Under the pieces are notes generated by a model. The model was not told where the DNA came from and did not search any database. It saw only the letters and a list, made by a program, of their open reading frames with translations. This document shows positions 46,062 to 52,307 of a stretch of 64,000 nt of DNA, in pieces. This stretch comes from a virus (lineage: Duplodnaviria > Heunggongvirae > Uroviricota > Caudoviricetes): IMG/VR virus record IMGVR_UViG_3300021142_000006. One strand, given 5' to 3'. Within the stretch, counting starts at the first letter, position 1, and each line of letters opens with the position of its first letter. The position numbers were made by a program, and so were the translations under genes.

Positions 46062-46134
46062 TAGCGAACCCAGGTAATGCTCCTGGTATCTCCAGGTTAT
46101 GAGCCTGGCGAGATAACTTTTTCTCTAATTCGCA
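46062..46134 (-). tRNA. tRNA-Met(CAU), initiator-like, atypical T-loop
   Basis: U1.U72 mismatch; CCAGG-CUCAUAA-CCUGG; T-loop GAGCAUU. Confidence 0.75.
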
Positions 46135-46246
46135 ATGTTTAAAAAGGTTAGTAGTTGTCTTAGAGTTACGGAGTCTGTAATTAACATATGACCGTTTCGA
46201 CCACGTTCTCGGATCAGGAGTTTTGTGCGTAACATACTACTATTTG

Positions 46247-46319
46247 TAGCGAGAGAAGGACTCGAACCTTCGACCTCACAGGTTATGAGCCTGGCGAGCT
46301 ACCGCTGCTCTATCTCGCA
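46247..46319 (-). tRNA. tRNA-Met(CAU), initiator-like
   Basis: U1.U72 mismatch; loop CUCAUAA; UAGAGCAGCGGUAGCUC D arm. Confidence 0.85.
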
Positions 46320-46411
46320 ATATAATATCTTAATAAAGTTAAATATGCACGTTAAAGATGTAAAGTATATTATGCAAAAATAGGTTTATTGAGGTGTTTT
46401 GCATATTATAA

Positions 46412-46531
46412 TTATCTTTTTCGTCTTTGTCTTAGAGCCGAACCAGCAAGTGTTTTTGTTGTTTTACTCGTTGATTTACTCTTTAACGCTTTGCTTGCTT
46501 TTTTTGCAACACGTTTGGATGTTCTTGCCAT
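46412..46531 (-). CDS. 39-aa highly basic peptide (not in the ORF track)
   Basis: MARTSKRVAKKASKALKSKSTSKTTKTLAGSALRQRRKR, hand-translated. Confidence 0.62.
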   Translation of the reverse strand: MARTSKRVAKKASKALKSKSTSKTTKTLAGSALRQRRKR

Positions 46532-46545
46532 AATATATTTTTTTG

Positions 46546-46666
46546 AGCTGACGGATAGAATCGAACCACCGACTCTGGCTTGGAATGCATATAACTGTTA
46601 ATTGCGGTATGGAATCTCATCAGATTCACTTGTTTTAACAGCGTGTTACCATTACACTACATCAGC
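46546..46666 (-). ncRNA. tRNA-Gly(UCC)-like scaffold with a ~50-nt anticodon insert
   Basis: GCUGAUG/CGUCAGC, U73; residual UUCCAA-GCCAG 3' anticodon half; insert hairpin GAAUCU-GAUG-AGAUUC. Confidence 0.75.
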
Positions 46667-46758
46667 ATTGAAATTCATAGGTTGTCAACCCACCGTGTTT
46701 TTTGTCCATCATACTATTGACGAGATAGTACTTCTCATATTTACAGGGTTATGAATTT

Positions 46759-46835
46759 TGGCGGAGATGAAGGGATTCGAACCCTCGACCTTCAGCGTGA
46801 CAAGCTGACATTGTAACCAACTCTACTACACCTCC
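46759..46835 (-). tRNA. tRNA-Asp(GUC)
   Basis: GGAGGUG/CAUCUCC, G73, CCA encoded. Confidence 0.92.
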
Positions 46836-46905
46836 GTATTAAAATTAAAGGGTTAAAAGGTTCTGCTTTCAACAAGGTGCGCTTAACTTACTTCCTTTAA
46901 TTTTG

Positions 46906-46978
46906 CTCTTCCAGCAGGATTCGAACCTGCGACCAACAGATTAACAGTCTGCTGCGCTACCAGCTGCGCTATGGAAGA
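46906..46978 (-). tRNA. tRNA-Asn(GUU)
   Basis: UCUUCCA/UGGAAGA, loop CUGUUAA. Confidence 0.93.
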
Positions 46979-46987
46979 ATTTTTAAG

Positions 46988-47061
46988 TGTACCCTACAGG
47001 GTTCGAACCTGTGACCCCAACATTATGAGTGTTATGCTCTAACCAGCTGAGCTAAGGGTAC
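46988..47061 (-). tRNA. tRNA-CAU, probably Ile2 (lysidine type)
   Basis: GUACCCU/AGGGUAC; Ile-like body UAGCUCAGCUGGUUAGAGC; loop CUCAUAA. Confidence 0.8.
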
Positions 47062-47213
47062 ATAATAACGTATTTGCTATGATAGGTTATGTTATTCCGT
47101 TTAATTTGGTAATAACCGAATAATTAAATATTTTATTCCCTTTGTCACCTGTTACCATCAGATAAGGCTGTTTTCAAATATACACACCTATCAAAGCAAA
47201 TTTCTTTATAAAG

Positions 47214-47286
47214 TGGTACCGACTGGAATCGAACCAGGGACACCGAAATTTTCAGTTTCGTGCTCTACCAACTGAGCTACGGCACC
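47214..47286 (-). tRNA. tRNA-Phe(GAA)
   Basis: GGUGCCG/CGGUACC; loop CUGAAAA. Confidence 0.93.
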
Positions 47287-47366
47287 AAATTCGGAATGGG
47301 GTTTTAGCTTGAATCATTAAAAGTGAATTGCTTAAAAATTTGCTGGAACCATTCCCATTTGTTTTA

Positions 47367-47398
47367 CAAAAGTATGAAGTTATTTTCAAACTTCCAAA
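47367..47398 (-). promoter_or_regulatory. Bacteroidetes-type promoter inside array 3
   Basis: TTTG-N20-TACTTTTG. Confidence 0.68.
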
Positions 47399-47521
47399 CT
47401 TTTTTTTATTTTTTTTTGTTTATCCCAATATGTCAAAGAACATTAATTATAAGACCCCTTCGAGTGTTTTAAGACTTATTTAGCCAGACCTAAGTCCTAT
47501 ACTTATCTCTTATAATATTTG

Positions 47522-47595
47522 TGTGACAGGTCGGTTTCGATCCGACTACCCCTTCGCTCACAACGAAGCGCTCTCCCAATTGAGCTACAGTCACC
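47522..47595 (-). tRNA. tRNA-His(GUG)
   Basis: encoded G-1; CUUCG-UUGUGAG-CGAAG; T-loop AUCGAAA; A73. Confidence 0.83.
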
Positions 47596-47612
47596 ATGTT
47601 AAAGAACTACAT

Positions 47613-47643
47613 AAAAAAACCCCAGCTTTTTGTGCTGGGGTTT
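47613..47643 (-). terminator. attenuator terminator of tRNA array 3
   Basis: AAACCCCAGC/GCUGGGGUUU stem plus U-tract about 17 nt before tRNA-His. Confidence 0.88.
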
Positions 47644-47667
47644 CTCATTTATAACTTTTACTTTCTA

Positions 47668-47751
47668 TTAGTAATCGCATAAGAAACCCCTGTCAGTGTG
47701 ATCATTCACTCTGCCAAACGTCATTCCTATATTTTTTATTTGCGATTTCAT
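47668..47751 (-). CDS. leader peptide 3 (27 aa, MKSQIKNIGMTFGRVNDHTDRGFLCDY)
   Basis: hand-translated; contains the antiterminator strand 47679..47690. Confidence 0.84.
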   Translation of the reverse strand: MKSQIKNIGMTFGRVNDHTDRGFLCDY

Positions 47752-47789
47752 CGAAAGCTTAAAATTTTATGTGTTAATAATAATTAGTA

Positions 47790-47820
47790 CAAAAGTAATA
47801 AAAGTTTTTCAAAAAACAAA
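47790..47820 (-). promoter_or_regulatory. Bacteroidetes-type promoter for leader/array 3
   Basis: TTTG-N19-TACTTTTG. Confidence 0.78.
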
Positions 47821-47854
47821 TCTTTTTTTATATATTTTTTATTATAATTTGTTT

Positions 47855-48310
47855 TTAGTGTTTTTTAACGATTTTATCGGCTGCATGTGTAGCTGCCCAA
47901 GCGTGTGGTTTACCTGCTGCTTCATAACCCATTGATTTTGCGTAACCGATACCAGCATCATATAACTCATGTGATTTTTCGTTAGGGTTTGAGTTATAGT
48001 CAACGTGTATCGTAATTTTTCTATCAATACCTTTTAAGGTATCAGCAACAATAACTGACTTATTAACTTCTTCCCATAACCTCATATAGTTATTAGGTTT
48101 CATTGATTCAGTTTCTTTTTTGTTGATGATGTGACCACCTTTACCTGGTTCATACATACACACACTAACAGCGTAATCAATTTTCTTGTCACGTGTTTGT
48201 GAATCACAACCAATATAGATTTCCGCATTTGGTTTGTCAGAAATCCAGTTTTCTACATACTCTTTAAGGTTATGGATAACCATACCTTGTCTTGTTCTGA
48301 ACTTAGCCAT
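47855..48310 (-). CDS. RNase H-fold protein (YkuK/DUF458-like)
   Basis: IYIGCDSQ...RLWEEV...IHVDYNS..KSH..GY....GKPHAWAATHAAD. Confidence 0.82.
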   Translation of the reverse strand: MAKFRTRQGMVIHNLKEYVENWISDKPNAEIYIGCDSQTRDKKIDYAVSVCMYEPGKGGHIINKKETESMKPNNYMRLWEEVNKSVIVADTLKGIDRKITIHVDYNSNPNEKSHELYDAGIGYAKSMGYEAAGKPHAWAATHAADKIVKKH

Positions 48311-48499
48311 TTCAATAAATTTTTACAAATGTAGTAAATAAAACTAATAAAACAAATTAATCTTGTTTTTCTTTTTCCACATTTTGTTTACCACACCATG
48401 GACAAAACCATTTTTTCTTTTCGATAGGTGCATCACCTATTGACCACCATTTGTTACAGAACGTACATAGAAAGTGTGATAGATGCTCTATTGACCTAA

Positions 48500-50095
48500 T
48501 CATATATCAAAGGTCGTAAAACCGATTTGATTATTTTTATCTTTTACAAAAGATATATGTTGTGCTCTACCATTTTTATGTATGATTACATGTGACTGTA
48601 ACCATGAGCTTGGGCCTGAGTTATAACCCATTCTCAATTTGGTTGATGTACCGACAGCTAATGCACCATCTTTTCTTCCTGGTGAATGATAGTGGCCTAC
48701 AACAATTTTTGTATTCAATGTTCTGTATTGATTAAGAGAGCCTCTTGAACCATTTGTACCTTGGTCACCATGTTGCCCAAGTTCCCATCCATTAACTTTA
48801 TATGATTGATTTCTTCCGAGTGTTACGTATTTAGGATATTTTGAGTTAATTATTTCAGGTATTACACCTTTGATTTTATACATATCCTTTTCATATTGTT
48901 CCATGAGCATTTGTGAATACTTCATGTATAGTTTTGAATTCTTGGTTGTTGGTTGTTTTTTCCAATCTTCATTCTTTAACCATCTATCAAGAAAATCATC
49001 ATGATTACTTCTAACAATAACAACATTTTTAAATTTTTCAAATGTTGCAAGATTGAGCATCATTTCATCTATTTCTTTTTCAAGGGAATTCTTACCATGT
49101 ATTTCTTTTGCGTATTGTACAAAAGGATCTTTCATTTCATGATGATTAATTGATGTGCCGTCAAAAACATCATGCAGAATTACATGTTCTGGTGTAACTT
49201 TATCAAGTAACTCCATTGTTTTATTTATAACATCATTGTCATGATTTCCGTAATGCATATCACCAAAAACGATTGCGGACATTTCATTTATTTTGGTAAT
49301 GTTTCCAGAATCAACTTTATAGCATAAATCTTGGAAGGAACCAGATTTATCATCTGCTGTAACTTGTCTTACATAAAATGTTTCATCATCTTTTATTTCA
49401 ACAATAACGAATCCATATGTGTGATGAAATTCACCTTTTTTACCTGATTTAGAATCAGTATAATTCATTAGTGTTACCGAACCAGTTGTAACCATCATCT
49501 TTGGTTTACAACCTTCAAGTACAGGTATCATTTCTAATTGTACCTTTGGTGCACCAAATACACATGAATTGACACCACTTACACCTTGCATACCACTCAT
49601 AGGGTTTGTGGCTGTGGGTTGTATTTTAATGTCAGACATAATAGTTATATACTTGTGTATAGAGTGTCTACCAGCATCTAAATATGGTAACACATCATCA
49701 TGCCATGTATCATAGTCTTTATCAGTAAATACCGATGTTGGATTTTTATATCTACCAGCAATAACGTGGATATCAGCATCAATATATTCAGCATATGCTT
49801 TCATGTTGTTGAAAAACTTACTATGTACAGGTGTATCGTTTTGTGCCCATGTTATTAAAAATCTTTTCTTGGTTTTATCATGAACCCTTTGTTTTGCGGT
49901 TTCATATTGTTCAGATTCTACTTCAACTTTTTCTTTAAATCCCAATTTTTCTGAGCACCATTTTCTAACAGTCCTTTCCGATTTACCAAAAAGATCCATT
50001 AATAGTTTCATTCTTTCATCCCAACTTAATTCAGTATTCCAGTATATATTTCTGGCTTTTTCAATTTGTTCTGGCGTTACATCTTTAAACTTCAT
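48500..50095 (-). CDS. HTH + calcineurin-like metallophosphoesterase
   Basis: GKSERTVRKW; FGDMH, LHDVFDG, VRSNHD, GQHGD, VGHYHSP. Confidence 0.78.
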   Translation of the reverse strand: MKFKDVTPEQIEKARNIYWNTELSWDERMKLLMDLFGKSERTVRKWCSEKLGFKEKVEVESEQYETAKQRVHDKTKKRFLITWAQNDTPVHSKFFNNMKAYAEYIDADIHVIAGRYKNPTSVFTDKDYDTWHDDVLPYLDAGRHSIHKYITIMSDIKIQPTATNPMSGMQGVSGVNSCVFGAPKVQLEMIPVLEGCKPKMMVTTGSVTLMNYTDSKSGKKGEFHHTYGFVIVEIKDDETFYVRQVTADDKSGSFQDLCYKVDSGNITKINEMSAIVFGDMHYGNHDNDVINKTMELLDKVTPEHVILHDVFDGTSINHHEMKDPFVQYAKEIHGKNSLEKEIDEMMLNLATFEKFKNVVIVRSNHDDFLDRWLKNEDWKKQPTTKNSKLYMKYSQMLMEQYEKDMYKIKGVIPEIINSKYPKYVTLGRNQSYKVNGWELGQHGDQGTNGSRGSLNQYRTLNTKIVVGHYHSPGRKDGALAVGTSTKLRMGYNSGPSSWLQSHVIIHKNGRAQHISFVKDKNNQIGFTTFDI

Positions 50096-50106
50096 AATTA
50101 TTAAAT

Positions 50107-51027
50107 TTAATTTTCATATTTACCCCTCTCTTTAGGGTATGGTAATCCTACAAGATTTGGGTTTTTAATTTTAAATTCTTCACGCAATAAATTAGTTTCT
50201 TTTTTATCTTTGCCTAAAATATATGCGTATTTGTGTTTTTTAGGTATACTTCTCTTTTCACATGAATTCTGATATTGCTTACTTAATTTACGTACTCTAT
50301 CTTCAATATCTTTGGGCATATTCTCCCATATAATAGTATCACCGTTTTGCCATGATTTATCCCATGTGATACCATCTTCAATAGCAAGTTTCTTATAGAC
50401 ACTTCTACTTCTGAAATATCTATCAGATACCCATTTACCGTTCTTTGCTTTATATTGATTTGTTGCCCCAGAAGATTGCCCTAAATAGTAGAAATTACAT
50501 GCTTGGTATATTGTACCAAGTTCTTTAGCTTCTGGGTCAGAATAGGCTGTAAATACCCTGTAATCGGTATTTTTAACCATCCATTTAATTGAATACATTA
50601 TTAATGACGAACCAAGATTCTTTGGCGACCATGATATACATGCACCTCTGGATATTAATCTTTCAAGTTTCTTAGTTTTTTCTCCAAGCAATTTTGAAAA
50701 TGAGTTGGGCATATCCATAATGATAACACCAGCTAAAATATCTTTATATTTTGCTGTGAAAAAATGTGTTGGGTAGTTACTTATAGTACCTAACCACTCA
50801 TGTCTTTTAATAAATTTTTTGATTAATTCAACAGTATCTTTATCAGATTTCGGAATAAACTCAAATGTGAAATCACTTACTTTAAGATTATCAACAATAT
50901 CTTGTGTAAGATTGGATTCGATCAAATCGCCTTCCTTATTATCAGTTCTTATCTGATATTGCCAGCAATGCTCTTTGTCGTAATTTTTAAACCTCTCTGT
51001 TATATCTAAAACCTCTTTTTTTACCAT
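50107..51027 (-). CDS. Mom-like GNAT DNA-modification protein
   Basis: FIKRHEWLG...LISRGAC...TAYSDPEAKELGTIYQACNFYYLG. Confidence 0.68.
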   Translation of the reverse strand: MVKKEVLDITERFKNYDKEHCWQYQIRTDNKEGDLIESNLTQDIVDNLKVSDFTFEFIPKSDKDTVELIKKFIKRHEWLGTISNYPTHFFTAKYKDILAGVIIMDMPNSFSKLLGEKTKKLERLISRGACISWSPKNLGSSLIMYSIKWMVKNTDYRVFTAYSDPEAKELGTIYQACNFYYLGQSSGATNQYKAKNGKWVSDRYFRSRSVYKKLAIEDGITWDKSWQNGDTIIWENMPKDIEDRVRKLSKQYQNSCEKRSIPKKHKYAYILGKDKKETNLLREEFKIKNPNLVGLPYPKERGKYEN

Positions 51028-51083
51028 TATAATAAATGTATTATTACAATAGTAGAAAATTTCTTTTAAAAAAACAAGTTAGA

Positions 51084-52265
51084 TTAGGAAACAACTCTTC
51101 TTACTTTACCATCAAGGAATGATTTGTAGTTAGGGCCTCTAAGTATCAAGATTTCATTACCCTCACGTTTAAATCTAAAGATACCAGCAGCTTCAGCTGA
51201 GTCCAATAACGTCTGTAGATAACCTTGTTTATGTTTCAAGTTATTCTGTTCAAAGAAATCGTCAAGGATTGGTTTTTGCGCTGTGTTAATAAATGATATA
51301 AGATCTAATATGATCTTATTCTTATTAGGGGAACTGAATGAATATGCGTATGTTGGGTTATCACTTCTCCAAAACACAAATTTGAATTCGAATGGTTCCA
51401 ATAATATAACCTTTGTATCAATATATTTCTTCAATAGGTTGAAGAATGTTTTTCTGAAGAATTTCTCAGCAATAAACTCATTTGTTGGAATTCGATATAT
51501 TTCAAAAAAGGTTGTTAAAATAACTTTATTATCCTTTTTAACAAATATTTCAATTTTATTAGTATCGTTAGGGAATAGTAATGTTTCTATTTTCAAATTA
51601 GTAGCATCTTTATTTTCCCAAACAATAAATAATTTACCCTTTGGTTCTGGTTTTTTTACAGGTTTCCAATTTTCCGCATCTGTTCTTAAAGTATATTTAA
51701 GAAATTTAGTGTCAAATGTTGTTTTCAAAACCAAGTCCACCTTTTTTGGGTTTTGGGTTTTCTTTGGTTTATTTGCATTCAATTTTGGTAGATTCTGTAA
51801 TTGTTGTTTCTGCGGCTCTTTACCTAAAGGAACATTCGAAGCCATGTTTTTAACCGCTGGATTTACATTACCAGGGTTAGTTTGTTGTGTTGGAGCTGGT
51901 TGAGGATTTTGTTGTGGTGTAGCCAACTCTTCATCAAGCTCTTTGAATAAATCTTCTTCAATATCTCTCTTGTTTTTTTTAATCGGAACTTTTAATTGAT
52001 ACCCATCATAAAGATCAGATGATTCAAGAAATAAATTATTATAATCAACATCATAACCATTTTCCTCAAGGATGATATCAATATCATTATCAATCAAATC
52101 AGAAATATATTCTGAAACATTACCTCTTATACTGTTAATCGGTAATACTTCAACATAATATTCCCTATTGTTTTCATTAATAAAGGAAATATTATCAGAT
52201 TTGGTTACACCTTCTGACAACATTTTAGTTATTACATTATTTCTTAATATATCTGATTTTTTCAC
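51084..52265 (-). CDS. hypothetical protein
   Basis: 393-aa ORF with a Gln/Pro linker. Confidence 0.65.
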   Translation of the reverse strand: MKKSDILRNNVITKMLSEGVTKSDNISFINENNREYYVEVLPINSIRGNVSEYISDLIDNDIDIILEENGYDVDYNNLFLESSDLYDGYQLKVPIKKNKRDIEEDLFKELDEELATPQQNPQPAPTQQTNPGNVNPAVKNMASNVPLGKEPQKQQLQNLPKLNANKPKKTQNPKKVDLVLKTTFDTKFLKYTLRTDAENWKPVKKPEPKGKLFIVWENKDATNLKIETLLFPNDTNKIEIFVKKDNKVILTTFFEIYRIPTNEFIAEKFFRKTFFNLLKKYIDTKVILLEPFEFKFVFWRSDNPTYAYSFSSPNKNKIILDLISFINTAQKPILDDFFEQNNLKHKQGYLQTLLDSAEAAGIFRFKREGNEILILRGPNYKSFLDGKVRRVVS

Positions 52266-52307
52266 TGATATTCTCTTTTGTATAAATAGTTGTGAATATG
52301 ATTAAAT

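Noticed and set aside
43407-46601. ORFs 43407..43604, 45040..45384, 46389..46601 and the N-terminal extension of the GT to 45063
   Set aside because: They overlap tRNAs or structured RNAs; better explained as non-coding or by the 46412..46531 peptide.
45374-46630. Hammerhead ribozymes (CUGAUGA in two tRNA inserts; CUGAU...GAAA at 46190-46218)
   Set aside because: The CUGAUGA is part of a simple hairpin, and stem II-GAAA-stem III geometry is absent or unconvincing.
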